This document shows, one piece after another, positions 25,571 through 38,589 of a DNA stretch of 64,000 nucleotides. This stretch comes from Pavona decussata (lineage: Eukaryota). Position 1 is the first letter of the stretch; each line of letters opens with the position of its first letter. Location: NCBI GenBank assembly GCA_977016875.1, contig CDRNST010000051.1, positions 3,038,001 through 3,102,000 of the forward strand, read 5' to 3'. A program made the position numbers and the translations under genes. The notes under the pieces were generated by a model. It did no database searches. It was not told the origin of the DNA and saw only the letters and a program-made list of their open reading frames with translations.

Positions 25571-26490
25571 AGCTACCAAAATGCGTTTTGTTAGAACAAA
25601 ATACTCATACGTACTATGTATGTCCTTTGTAATATTATTATGTACTCAAATAGTTTATCGACACAGGGACATTTTTGGCCCAAGATAACAGTTAACCGAT
25701 TGACAGTAAATGGATGACGATGTTGAAATTAAAGTAAACTAACTAAAATCTTTCTTACAATGATCTAACAGAGAATTTCAAGACGTTATGTTCAACGTTT
25801 ACAAAAAAAAAAAATATATCATAAAAGATGTTTCGACCTAACCATCCAGCTGGAAGCGAGCGGCTTTTTCTTCTTGTTTTAACAGACGAAGGTCAAACAA
25901 TTTTGGGAAAGTCTTCTTTTTTTTAAAAATAAACGTTATACAGAACTTACTGAAAGACAGTGTCAGACTGGTTACGAACAATTGTTATGTTTCTATCCCT
26001 CATTTCCTTTAAATCAATAAATCTTATACTTTCTGACTTTCTGTGTTTGACGTTCTTTGTCAATGCTCTCTAATACCAAAGAGGCAGCTACATTTCTGAA
26101 ACGACTTTAGTGGGGATCAGAAGAATGAAACGAGCTTTTGTCGGCCAAGCAGACTACCTGTTTCCTCACTCTCAAGAATCATGATTTTTTCGCAAGTTCT
26201 TAATTTTTGGTTGTTTGTTTGATTTTTTGCCCGTGACATGCCTTAATGGAAAGTAGGTTTCATTGAGTTTAATCATACAAAATGTAATGGTGCTTACATC
26301 TGCTGATAGAACTAATCTCTTTATTCCAACATGCAGTGCGATTTAGTTCATGCTTCGGTGAAACGTTCGAGTTTAGCTTGTAACTGAACGAGTCAAAATC
26401 ACAATACACCTGATCAATTATAAATATGTATCGAGATCCCGGAAGTAGCAGAGCACACCTCCCTCAAAAGTTTGCTATGGCCCAAGATAA

Positions 26491-26761
26491 GGGAAGGAGG
26501 CATCGAGTGGTTAGGGTTGGGCGCCGGACTTGAAATCCGGAGGTCCCAGGTTCAAGTTTCGCTCTGACCGCTAGATGGAGTTGTTTCTCGGTAACCCCGA
26601 GTTCAACTCTTCGGCTGCACTTGTAAATAGCCAGTTGGTCGGCCTCCTGCCAGTTGGATTTGTAAACCATATTATGTTCAATTTAAATTATTTCTTTGTG
26701 AAGTTTAATGCTCGGCCCCACTAGCACTTGTGCTATAAACACTGCCGAGGGTAAATCAAGG

Positions 26762-26805
<44 letters not shown>
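26491..26805 (+). mobile_element. Full-length tRNA-derived SINE with Nin/Deu-like central domain and (TTA)n tail
   Basis: A-box-like ggcatcgagtgg, anticodon-like stem ccgga-cttgaaa-tccgg, B-box-like ggttcaagt, body gagttcaactcttcggctgcacttgtaaatagccagttggtcggcctcctgccagttgga, then (TTA)n at about 26766-26805. The Nin/Deu label is from recalled consensus. Confidence 0.85.
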
Positions 26806-26823
26806 TTTATAATTACTATTAGC

Positions 26824-26910
26824 GTCTTTGCAGAGGACTGGAAGAATGCTTTAGTTCACCCCTTGCTTAAGAAAGCAGGACTCAAACCCATTAACAAAAA
26901 TGTTCGACCT
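26824..26910 (+). mobile_element. LINE (L2/CR1 group) reverse-transcriptase fragment
   Basis: Translates to VFAEDWKNALVHPLLKKAGLKPINKNVRP, matching the FPxxWKxAxVxPLLKKxGL...NYRP motif at the start of non-LTR RT domains. Confidence 0.8.
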
Positions 26911-29900
26911 GATATTTTTTGTTTTCGATGGTTCATTGTCAAAGCGACTCAATGGAAGGATAAAGAGAGGACTGACATTTAACAAATGAATCTACATTCT
27001 AACTTCTCCTCAAAAGGCGGTAAAGTCGCGATGAATGTCCGAAGGAGAAAAAAATTAATTTATGGTTTCCAATGAAAGAAAAATCGTCTATGAATTCTTT
27101 CATATTTGTAACAACAACAACGAAAAATATTTACACTTGCATATTGGAAGGAGGCTATGTAAGACCATCCGGTTGGTCTTAATCATCCTTCAGGCAGGAT
27201 ACTCATTACAGCCCAATCAAATCATTGGTGCAAAATTATAATTCAGCGAAAAGAAACCGGCATTGAATAAAACTTCATATTTGGCAGAAGAAAAACGAAT
27301 TCCGGCCACAATATTCACGCTCTTTCTGCTATGTGTGTGGCACGTTTTAATGATGAGAATGATTAAAATAAAGTACTGATAAAATAAGCTTAAACTCCAC
27401 CTGGATTAATAATTATAACTACCACAAATATGTCCTGGAATATCAACGTGTACCATGAGGGTGGACTCTGCATTCGCGTTAATAGTAAGTGATTTGACAT
27501 CACCTTACTGTACCAACTATTAAGGTGAATATCTCGCTTACATACGTGAAAAGTGTTTTTATCCACATCGTATTTTTAGATCTCTAGTCATTATGATGGA
27601 ACACTTTATGTTGATGTGTGCAGATGTCAAGTCTTGGGTACATGGTAATAATTACATAATGTATTTTTTGTTTTCAATATATCACAATTAAAATAATGAA
27701 AACATTCCACTGCCATAAGTGGCGTATGACTGCGAACCACGCCGTTTCCAGAGTAAAACGGTATATGTAAAACAAAAAAGAGTATTATTTATTCGCTTTC
27801 AAGAACGTATCGTAATGTCATTACAATATTTCTGCCTATAAACTGACAAAAAAAAAAAACATGGCTACCTGACTACTGCTAAGCGAACGGTTTACTATTC
27901 GTTGTCATAGTTTAAAATTAACATTTGCGTCCTTTGTTAAACAGTGAGTGGCTTAAAAGCTGTTTATCGGAAACTGGCGGGGAAAAAAGCAGAATCAGTA
28001 AGGACGAGCTGTGGAAAAGTTTTTCTTCATTGGCAAAAGTAGAGATGGAAAGAGAAACGTTTTTCTTATCTTGGAATAGCAGTTTCTAACAAGGCTATAA
28101 TAATTTTTCTCAAATTGTAAAAAAAGGGTGGCGAATAGGATATAAGGGACTTATTTTATTGAGTGATCCAAAGAGCAATGAAAAGGCCCACTCTAAAGAG
28201 GTAAAGAAACGGTCAGATCTCCGAAATTCGCAACAACGGAATCGCAAAAAGAAGAATCACCAAACGATTTGTTCAGCTGAAAACGGTGCAAGAGTGGATG
28301 GAGGAACACTATTGCGAGGAAAACAACAATGGTGATAAAGAGAGCAACAAGTTCAGAGAAGATGAATTAAAAAGATCAGTATTTTTTCCCATATCGGTAA
28401 CATAACAAGTCAGCCTACTTTTGCAGTAACGCCTTATGGAAAAACAACAGGTGCCACGAATCCTTCCTGTGGTAAACAGCCACCAGAAGCCAGATAAACC
28501 GATACGGAAGTAACCAGTTACGATGCGGCCGTCTCAGTCAAAGGGAATTTAAAAAGAGAAATGAGGACCGGGTGAAACACCAGCGTTTATTTTTAATAGC
28601 CACATTCCGGACAAAAATAATCTAATGAGTGTGATTGAACAAGATCCTGGCAGCCCCTTTAAAATCCCAAAAGACTCAAACGATGACATGGAAGGACTTC
28701 CAGTACCTGATGAAACAGCAACCCTACCTCATCCGGAAAATGGAGACATGCACCATTAACTACATTTGATAGATTCCATAAAAAAAAACTTTAATTTTTT
28801 TTTTTAATTTAAACGTTTTTAAATCTTCCTGGTAAACGGACTGAAAACGCAACAAAGGCTCAAAAATTTCAAGTTATGTGCATCTTTTTAAGGTAGTCCT
28901 GGGAAAAAAAGGCTTCTTATTATTTTCCTGGCTGGCAAAAACATGATAACCCACCAATTTGCTGGGGAAAAGGGGGAAAGTAAAAATTCATGGCTTGCAG
29001 TAAGGCTCTATGGCGCAGATCCTGGCTGCCTAGTGCATTTAAGTCTACGGCTAGCTGGCTCTGAAGAGCGGATAGAACTTTCCCACGAGAGAGAGAACAC
29101 TCGAGGACTCTCAAATAATCGTTAGGGCTAATAACAAATCAATTTTAAACATTTTCTCGTTGAGTACTCCTGTTCAGATAACTGTACACAGTGCTGGCGG
29201 TAATCGTTCTCACCTTCGTCTGTTTCCGAGTCGTCAAAATCTACCAAATTCGTCGTTATATTCTTTCGAAATTCGAAAACGTTACTTCTTCAAAATGCCC
29301 AGGACTTTCATTCTATCCTCATACATTTTTTTGCATCGCCTGAAATTGTCTCTCTTCTTTTTTTTCTCCTCTCCTCCTTGGCATCCTGCAGCAGTTTCAG
29401 AATTTCGTCGCTCAGCGATTAGTGCGACTGCTGCCACTCCTTCTTTTTTTTCATAAACATTTCAACATCTTCTTCCTAATCTCTTTTATTCTCTTTAAGC
29501 TCTTGCGCCCCGTTACAGATGACATTGAATTTTTTCGAAGATTCCCCACGAAGAGTCAGAAATGCTTCGACTACGCGTCAAATGTATTCCCAGCACAGCC
29601 AAAGAGTTAAACGTACCGTGTATCCTTTGCAAGTACCATGAACAACGTGGAGATACTACCAAATCAGAAAGCGCAAACGGATAACATGAATAGTTGAGGC
29701 TTTTTCGTGGTATAAAGTGAATATCCTACTTTTGACTTGAGTTTCTTGGTATAAGCATTGTTTTCAAGGCACGAAAGATATAACACGTAAATGTAGTCAG
29801 TAATCTCAGTCCGGAACACTAAGGACAACATGGCCGGCTAAGACACGTTTGTGACAACAACTATGGAGTGTTTCAAAAAATGCTGCCCTTTTATAAAAGG

Positions 29901-30215
29901 AAAAAGTATTCTATCCTAAAATCTTTCAGCTGAACCCAAGCGTCTCTATTAAGTCTAACCTGTGCGACTGTTACGCGTTGTTCCCAATAAGCCGTGCGCC
30001 CCTGTTTTCCCGCTCTTTGCGCGAAATGGGTTAATGCCTAGAGTTGCGGTAGCGGCTGCACGTGCATTTTCGCACTGTTCTATGAGTAATATCAGTAGAA
30101 ATAAACGATTTGAAATGTGATGGTCACACAACCAAGCTCCGCGGTATGGCCAGTACCTTACACGTGCGCACAACCATATCATCAGGGAGTACTGCTGCGT
30201 TACTTGAGCAAGAAG

Positions 30216-30410
30216 ATCCCAGTCTATCTCAGTGACAAGATTGAGATGGTCCAGAAAAGAGCTTTGTGTATTCTTTTCCCAGAAACGTGCTATAGTGATG
30301 CTCTCTCCTTCTGCAACATCACTCGTCTCGATACTAGAAGAGGCGAATTATGCCTCAGGATGTGGCACAACACCAGAAACCACCCAGAATCGCGCTTGTA
30401 CCATCTATTG
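30216..30410 (+). mobile_element. LINE (L2/CR1/Daphne group) ORF2 C-terminal fragment
   Basis: IPVYLSDKIEMVQKRALCILFPETCYSDALSFCNITRLDTRRGELCLRM...PESRLYHLL matches the post-RT LExVQKRALRII...YxxAL...LxxRR signature. Confidence 0.8.
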
Positions 30411-31295
30411 TACCATCGCTCGCTAGCAAGACAGAGCTCGTCACAACTCTTAGGTACAGGGATCTCGCCAACTGGAACTCGACGAACAGCAGAGCATAGA
30501 CAATCTTCTTCAGTCCAGCATAGGTTATTCAGCACTGCGTTTCTAACCTCGATGTAAACAGGACGTTATCTTGAATATAACCACGATGTAACCGATTGAC
30601 AATTGTAAGCCTTTTGCTTATAAACTTACTGATTACAAAAGGTTAAAGTACGTTCTTTTGTTTACAAGACTTGATGAAGCAACATCAACGTAATATCACG
30701 AGCACAAAATAGAAACAGTTACTTAAGAATATATTACTTTCACGTGCGCTTAATTGTTGAGAGTTCCTCATAAGGAGAGTACTTTTCCGGACTATATCCG
30801 TAATAAAGGATACTGAACTTTGATTGCGGAAACTGAGCGTACATCAAAAGAATAGCTGAGTCATAAGATTACAGGACAAAGGTTAAGGACTCGCGTGATC
30901 AAGCAAAGTACATGAGCCACGTACCATGTACTCTTACACGTGTACAAGCCACCTGTTGAACTAGAATAAATTAAAATAAGAACTCTTTGTTTGAAAACCC
31001 TATGCTGGTTTGAAATATAAAGGAACAATTATAAGCGAAAATTACTTAAGATAAACGGCTAAATATGAAGCAGCAAAAGCGAAAACAAGTAAAATATCGA
31101 GCGATGAAACACATCAAATCGGTTGTTAATGCGACCGAGAATGTCCATTTCTCGTGTCCACATGCTGAGTTGATTAAATATTCCTTTCAAAATCTCGGAG
31201 CTATTGTTACTACCTGATTATGTATTCTATTCCAAATGAAAAGCTATTGAAATGCGATTGCTAAACGTATTAAAGTGAAACGCGAAATCTCTCGT

Positions 31296-31525
31296 AACAC
31301 TTTATTGATACTCCCCATAGGGGTTTTTCAGTGACAATTTGCAATACATAAATAAATATTAAAAATAATAATCAGATCAAGTAATTAATATACGCTTAAA
31401 ACTATTCAAACACTGGCTAAGCTTAATTTCAGATGTTAGGTGTCTACGGTAAGTTATTCCATATATTAACAATTCTATAAGAAAAGGATCTCTTCCCTGT
31501 TTTAGTTTTAAATAATGGGATATTA
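31296..31525 (-). mobile_element. 3' end of an L2/Crack-type LINE
   Basis: Minus strand reads NIPLFKTKTGKRSFSYRIVNIWNNLP, then SEIKLSQCLNSFKRIL in a second frame, then a 3'UTR gtcactgaaaaacccctatggggagtatcaataaa. Confidence 0.75.
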
Positions 31526-31947
31526 TTGGGTTCAGAATGACAAGAGCACGAGAAGAGAGAAAGAAGAGAGCGGAGAGAAAAAAAAGGCTACACGACCTTG
31601 ATTGTATTTCTGAAGGACAAAAAACCATCTGCACCGCACTCTTAAAGAAGTATGACTTGAGCGGGCTCGTTTTAAAATCCAGCCATATATCATTTGTGAC
31701 TGTATCAACCGTCTCACTTAATACGTGTTTTCCATTTATTCTTTTAGCTCTGTGGTTTTCCCAAGGCTTCCTCACCACTTTAAATTTAGTTTTTCTTTCC
31801 TCTTCATATTTTTTGTAACTTGTGCGTGGAGAAGTAAAGAAATAACATAAAAAATGTGATCTGAAAAAGGGTACCGGAAAATTATATATTTGTTCCGAAA
31901 CAGAGCCACACACCCCCATCAAACATTATGAGGTGTACTGATCCAGG

Positions 31948-32448
31948 GCGATAGAGAAAGAAGGCAAGAAAGTTCAGAAATATGCTGCTCTGGCCATTAA
32001 ACCAAGACCTTGTGGAAGATGAAATTCCTCAAAATAACCGCAGTAGTAATTGGACCATTTGGAAGTTTCTAACAAACTGGGGCAGAGGAACTTGCAGAGT
32101 AATTTCTTCCACTGAATTTGACCTGCTCTTTACTCCCATTAAAAGGACACTGTCATAGTCGGTTATATTTCGTTGTAAGAAGAAGTAGCGAGGGGAAAGC
32201 ACTTGGTTGACTTATTTCAGTTTCTCAACCAAACAAAATAAAATCAATCCGATCCAAGTTCTTTTGACAAAAACAATCTGGCTCCAACACTGGAATAGCA
32301 ACAATCAAGACGTCTATGCTTCTTGGAAAGGCCCGAATCCCCAGGAGGGAAGTTGGGATATGAGGTTACTTGTTGTAACTTAAGCCAGTGGACAGAATCT
32401 CCGGCAGAAATGCTGTGTTAAATGTGTATAGTCGTAGTAACAATAGTA

Positions 32449-32519
<71 letters not shown>

Positions 32520-32556
32520 TAACAATAGTAATTAATAATAATTTTTTATTTATTTT

Positions 32557-32587
<31 letters not shown>

Positions 32588-32600
32588 TAATAATAATAAT
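31948..32600 (+). mobile_element. 3' remnant of R4/Dong-clade non-LTR retrotransposon ending in (TAA)n
   Basis: AIEKEGKKVQKYAALA / TLWKMKFLKITAVVIGPFG / IKTSMLLGKARIPRREVGI* resemble the REL-endonuclease C-terminus (EKExEKxxKY..LW..VVIGALG..LLGTARILR). A short 3'UTR and TAA tail follow. Interrupted near 32110-32270. Confidence 0.7.
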
Positions 32601-32701
32601 AATGAAGAGGGGCAAGGTATGTTCATGAGCAGGCATTTGTTTGCCAGATACCCCGGATGTGAGGGCCGCAGTTTATACTGTGTAACATGTGTATAGTAGT
32701 A

Positions 32702-32733
<32 letters not shown>

Positions 32734-32745
32734 TATAATAATAAT
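32448..32745. repeat. Two (TAA)n microsatellites within a local tandem duplication
   Basis: (TAA)n at about 32448-32602 and 32703-32745, each preceded by atgtgtatagt and followed by about 70 bp gaggggcaaggtatg..catgagcaggcatttg.ttgccagataccc..gagggccg.agttt. Confidence 0.95.
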
Positions 32746-32967
32746 GATGGAGAGGCAAGGTATGCACATGAGCAGGCATTTGCTTGCCAGATACCCAGGT
32801 GATAAGAGGGCCGTAGTTTCTACAATAGTTCATATGGTAGCTCAAAGTTTGGTGTACGGGGAATTGTACTTTTATAATAGAAAAAAGCCGCGATCATAAT
32901 GGTATGTATAATTTGCTTTGATTTCTTTTGTATTTGAGGGCAATTCAGTTATGAAAGGTTGCTTATA

Positions 32968-33109
32968 GGTGGTTTGCAACCAATCCCTAGAGATCCAGAA
33001 CACAATGGTGTGGCAGCCATGTTGGATGACAGAACCTTTTGTCTTGTCATCCAACATGGCCGCCATACTGTTGTCTTTTTGGATCCCCAGGGATTGGTTA
33101 CAAACCACC
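32968..33109. mobile_element. 142-bp palindromic MITE
   Basis: ggtggtttgcaaccaatccct..gatcca pairs with tggatc..agggattggttacaaaccacc; inner gccatgttggatgaca pairs with tgtcatccaacatggc. Confidence 0.85.
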
Positions 33110-33139
33110 AAAAGCTGCTAAAAATGAAAATACCCTGGA

Positions 33140-33840
33140 TGAAGGACTGAAGGGAAAGTGTCATACGCGAACAGTGTCGGAAAGGGGTACTGAACAAGTC
33201 ATGCAGAGACTCGCTGTCACGGGATTGGTTAAAAAAAAAAGCACCCTGAGGAGAAAGACCGAGGGGCTCTTAACAGTTGCACAAGACCAGGCCCTTTGAA
33301 CAAACTGCATGAAAATGTTGCACACGTTATTCTCTGGAATCTTCCGTGCAAAGAAATGTGGTATATATGATCATTCTCCAGAGGCAGTGATGGAAAATGA
33401 CAGAGTGAAGGTGTTGTTAGATTTCAGGATGTAGACAGATCACCATTTAGCTCACAATAGACCTGATATTGTTGCTGCTGAAAAAGAAAGAAAAAGTGTG
33501 CTCCATTATTGATGTCGGGAGTGTCCCTTTGATCCGAGTGTGATGGACAAAGAACAGGTGAGAAGATTGAACATTATTGGGACTTAAAGTTCACAAGATC
33601 TGGAACTGCAAAACTATACCTGTTATCCCAGTTGTGAATCGCGCACTTAGGACAGTGAGTAAACATCCGAAGGCGTGGGTTTAATAGCAGGATAGGTACA
33701 CCTTGAATCATTGCTTTGCTTCAGAAACCTTGTTTGATGGGCACAGCAAAGTTCTTGTAAGAACCGTAGACACCTAAGGCTATGGGATATAGCTTGATAC
33801 TCTATACCAACGTATGGTGTGAAACATAAAATAAATAAAG
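33140..33840 (+). mobile_element. Degenerate R4/Dong-clade retrotransposon 3' portion (REL endonuclease)
   Basis: LRRKTEGLLTVAQDQAL*TN; YDHSPEAVMENDRVKVLLDFRM*TDHHLAHNRPDIV (RPD core of the PD..D nuclease); IWNCKTIPVIPVVNRALRTV; LLQKPCLMGTAK. Multiple stops and frameshifts. Confidence 0.85.
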
Positions 33841-33947
33841 GTAAAATGAAGATCAAAGTACATGCTAATCCCGGTTATTAAATCCTGCTGTGAACAAATC
33901 ATTAAGAAATATTTAAAACGTCATTGTAGGTGGTGGTCAAAAATCAC

Positions 33948-34142
33948 AATAGGCTATTTTCACGATGGTGTCACTTTACTACAACTACCAGAATCCTTCG
34001 GGTCTTGTATCTAATGCAAATTAGAGCTATTGTTACTTACTAGGATTATTAGTTTTCAACACCTCCAATGAAATGAAAATGAAAAAACCTTATGAATTCC
34101 GATAGCTGTAGTAAAATGACTCCGTCATGTAAATGGCCTATT
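33948..34142. mobile_element. MITE with about 50-bp imperfect TIRs
   Basis: aataggctattttcacgatggtgtcactttactacaactaccagaat versus the reverse complement of the right end, aataggccatttacatgacggagtcattttactacagctatcggaat. Confidence 0.8.
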
Positions 34143-37100
34143 AATATTTTAACAACTAAACCCCTGATCCTCTTTTTACAATGATTATGGAAAATCACGG
34201 CTCGATGATATTTTGCAGGTAGGTTTATTTCTGCCCTCAAGGCATTTTCCTCGTTCGCCGATAAATGTTCTTATAATTAGTGCAAATCTGTTCTACTCAA
34301 AGTTTGACACAATTAATGATTGGCCGGTTTTACGAATAGCATTCAGTTAACAGTCTGTTAATCAATCGGTTAAATTGAAAATACTGTGTATTGATTTCAA
34401 CTCACTGCAATAAGTGAAAAACTGCCCTGGAACGCTGCCGAAGTAACATAGATGTATTCGACATAGCAAGAATTATATAACACATGACCTACAAATTCGA
34501 TGGTCCACAGATGGCGCGATGGAATATTTCCCGTAATGCATCTCGAGAATAATCAGTGCAAAACGAAAAAAATGGTCGTGGTTTGTCGACTTTGTCAGAA
34601 ATATACTTACCTGTAAAGGCATTAATTGTGTCAAACTTTGAGTAGGGCACATTCGTACTAATTATAAGAACGTTTATCGCCGAACAAGGAAAAAGCCTTG
34701 AGCGATAAATGAAGTGTTGACTAACTGAGGTTTTAAGGCTAAGAAGTTTATTGCTTTGTAACTTTACCCTACTTAGGTATACTGATATTATCATTTGGCA
34801 CGATACCTAGTCGGAATGACTTTGTGGTATGCAAATAAAGCAATTAACATTATACGGACAAGAAATCTTTCCACAGAACATTCAAACTCTCTTTACTTTT
34901 TGTCAATCTCGATTAAAATACCAAATAAATATAACAAAATACCACCTGTGTTCTTGAAGGTGGGGGAGACCCCACGGAATTTCAACCCTAGAAACAGTAG
35001 TTCAGACCAACATTTGTGAATCTTGTTTACAATTTCAAGCCAAACCCTTAAATCTTTTCCCTCAGTTCAAGCCAAACTCTATATCCAATTACAGAGTAGT
35101 GTGGGCTAGTAGGCAAAACAAAGCCTATTTTGGACAAAAATGGTCGAGCCTATACCGAAAGTTTCAGACCAAAAACAGGTGTTCAAAAACTATAGTACAC
35201 CCCCTACTTCAAACCAAAATGAGCAAAATCTATACCCAATTTGAGACCACAGCGGTTCAAAACCAAGACCCTTTGTTTAGGTTATTTAGGGCAGTGCACA
35301 CTCCAGTAATTAAAACACTACACGGTATTTGGATCACTCAAGACGATTACGAGGGATTTGTTCGCCTCCACACATGCGAACACACCTGATGGCAATTAGA
35401 AGTTGTTTAGTCCATTTAGCGTCTTAATTAAAGTATGTTTTCAAAACATAACTGTGTTTTGAAAAAGAAAACTCCAGAAAGAAAATTACTTTTTAAGCGA
35501 AACAAGGCCTAATTGGGGAATTCGGTTACACCATACTGTGCTTTATTGCTTTTCCAGCTAAAAAGAACAAGCGCAAAAAATCGTTATATCTTGGACTCAA
35601 AGAGATACCGAAAAGAGTAGGATTTCAAATGATTTAAACTCCCTAATTTCTTGCGTCGGACACGATGGAGCCGTTGGCATTGTTTTTATCAAAACAACTT
35701 TTTATCACCAACTTTACCACTGCCTTCTGATCCTTGCGTGCACGAAACAGGTACAGTCATAGGTTTCGATTGCTGTGAGCGTTTGAAAGTTTTACACTAA
35801 GTTCCTAACGCACTGCAATTGTAACTGGCTATTAGCTAATTAATGAGGATCTAAAGAAATCGAGTAAATCGTGACGTGCGGAATCAGCTGCAATGTGGAG
35901 TACTTTGAAACCGCATAGAGTAATGGCCTTGCATGTTAAATGATTTATAAGCTCATCATCAGGAATGAGGAAAACTAAAACAGGGAACTTTGATCCAGCC
36001 GAAACCCCTGTGGCCAAACTGATGGTCATTTGCACTCAATCAGGAGTCTCTCAGACGCCCGGCAAATTGCATAGAATTTGTTTGAAGAAATTTGCCCTTT
36101 GAGCCGCGATTAATTACGATCTGTCCTCCATGGCTGATGGCAAGAGTGCTATGAATGACTTACAAGGTGCGCCTTAGTTATCTTTTTAGGCAATTTTCCA
36201 CGGCACTGCACATGCTGTGACGACGAATCTATGGCTCCTCAAGGGCTACAAGTGAAGGACCATTTTGTCCAATTTAACCCAAGAAAGGACCAATTTCTGT
36301 CTCTAATTACTTATAATAGGTTCATTTATTACTGGCCGTGACAAGCAAAGACTGAAGGTTACCCCCTGTAAGGTCTTCGTTCGTGTCTAGAAGAGATTTG
36401 GGCGGGTGCAAGGAATGGCTACGAAGGCTACCTTCCATGAGATGGAGTCACGAGTCCGCTCTATAGTGTAGATGAATTTGATCACACCCATCGTCTATTT
36501 ATGATCTTCGGGGCGCTAAGCTTATCATGTAACGAGCTTCTGACTCAACTTGCGTCGACCAAAATCGTATTCCCATTTACAGTGGCCTTTCCTAAAGCAT
36601 GGATTCTATCCTACCCTGGTGCTCAGGGAGCTCCATGCACTTGAAATCTGTAGGCCCGTTCCCCCCTCCCCCTCAAAAGTACCTGGATTTGTTATACAGC
36701 CCGTCTGTGTTTGAGTCCTTGATAAGCCCCCTACCAGTTAGTTTTATAGATATTGTTATATTTCTGTTAATTTCTAAACTTATTCTTAGCTTATAACAGA
36801 TGAAGAAGCACTTGGTGGAGACCATGTTAAAGATACATATTTTTTATTGTTAGCCATGTTCATATGCTCAATTTTCAGTTTAGTTTCAAAGAACAGGAAT
36901 TAGCGAGAAAGAAAAGGAAACCAGCCTCAGCTGAAGTACAGCAAAGCGTTACAGTTTTATGTTTTATTTACGTGAAAGGGCTACCATTTCGTTAGAATTT
37001 GGTGTGTGAAAGGGTAAAGGATTAAAACTCCAGGAGGACTCCCTCAGTATGAAACTATATTTAGACCCCACCCCTCGGGCGGACGCCCAAGGTGGCTTGA

Positions 37101-37458
37101 AAAAGTGGCGACGCTGTGCAGCTGGCTGTTCGTTCAAAAACTTTGGTTCATAATATCCAGAAGCGATTCATTTATGAGCAAAGTACTTAGATACAAGTTT
37201 GGCCCTTTTTATGACCGAGAAAAGGGGAAATCTGTTTAATATTCTTCAAAAGTAAGCAGCTATCAATTATTATTACCAGTTTTACCATGCAGCGTCTACT
37301 AATTAGTCAGTAGTGGTCGGTAAACTACCACTACATGTTTCAAGCTACTGGAAACCACAAGTGAATCTAGCTTTCTTCGCATGACCGCTGTTACTAGGTA
37401 GTTAAACTTAATCCTGTACTAAGCAGTTAGATTTTTTAATCGCGGGTTCAAATCTTCA

Positions 37459-37640
37459 ATACCGTAAACTTCTAAATATATGCCCCTCCAAATATAAACC
37501 CCAAATCTCAGACGCAAAAATCCTTCCAAATATAAGCCCATTCGTTGTTTGTCTAGCTGTTTTAGGATGTTTCCTTATGAATATAAACCCTTGAAAGGAG
37601 TCCTTGAAAGAATAAAGCCCCGGCCTTATACCCCGAATAC
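37459..37640. mobile_element. Tc1/mariner-like MITE remnant
   Basis: TA-CCGTAAA start and repeated aaatataagccc/aaatataaaccc subterminal motifs; right end eroded. Confidence 0.45.
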
Positions 37641-38589
37641 CGAAAAAAAAAATAGTTGGATAATTGTCACTGGAGGCTGTGGTTGACAAGTTGTTGAGCA
37701 CGTTTCTTGACTCCACGTGGTGACAGCTGTTAGAGAATTTCCGAACATATGTTTCAAACCTGCATGAAGAAACACGTTCTAAAAATCATGCATGTGATTT
37801 GTAAAACATCTCTATTTTTGGAAAGGGACATGACACCAAACAGCTGCTTTCAAAAGAGTGTTTTTGGTAATGATCACCGTTTGACCTTTTTCTTGTATTT
37901 TCATAATAGTTTCATGTTAAAAAGAAAGTAGACGTTTTCTCAGCAAACAATACACATTCGGTGCTGCTGTTAGAGTTCATGTCTACGTCACGGTAGACGT
38001 CTTTAGAAGTAGTTTGGTTCAGTTTAATTTGCGTCTGCCACCACTGGCTTAGCTTATCTCTTGAGGCGAGAACGAAGGCAATGTGAGTCTAGGCAAATTT
38101 GGGCGAGAATTAGGGCGACCATAACTGATAAGGTTGAAAAAAAACAACAACTTGTACCTTAGAAGGGAACTAACATCTTGGAGTCTAGCGGAATCAAAAT
38201 CAAGGCAACAACCTAATCAAGGCAATTTTTCTATAAACATTTTATGTAAAGAGCAGTTTACCTTCCGCGGGGAAGAAAAGGGAACTCCGTTATGTAAGCT
38301 ATATTTAGGTATGTGCGACCCAACAGGCTCTGGCTTTTGTGTCAGTTTCTTATGATTTTGACAATTTTGGTCTGAATTAAGTTATGTTTTTCCTACTGGT
38401 CAGGCTGAAATAGGGCCGATATAGATATTAGTTGTTTTGGCCTGAAAAGGAGAAAGGAGTTTTAAACAGTTAGGTCAGAGAACCACAAGCTAATATGTTC
38501 TGATAAAGAATATATTTTGGTTCAGAAAAGCCGTTCATTAATATCTGCAGGCAAGTCAGATAAATAATGACTGCAACCATATGTCGCAC

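Noticed and set aside
26495-26570. tRNA gene (apparent TGA anticodon)
   Set aside because: No proper acceptor stem, no long variable arm as expected for tRNA-Ser, and it runs directly into a SINE body and TTA tail.
30117-30557. 146-aa ORF as a host gene
   Set aside because: GTG start; the only recognisable part is a LINE ORF2 fragment.
31377-31922. 181-aa minus-strand ORF
   Set aside because: Non-ATG start in the track, low-complexity content, and it overlaps a LINE 3' end read mostly off-frame.
32555-32899. Poly-Tyr, poly-Ile and poly-Leu ORFs
   Set aside because: Translations of (TAA)n microsatellites.
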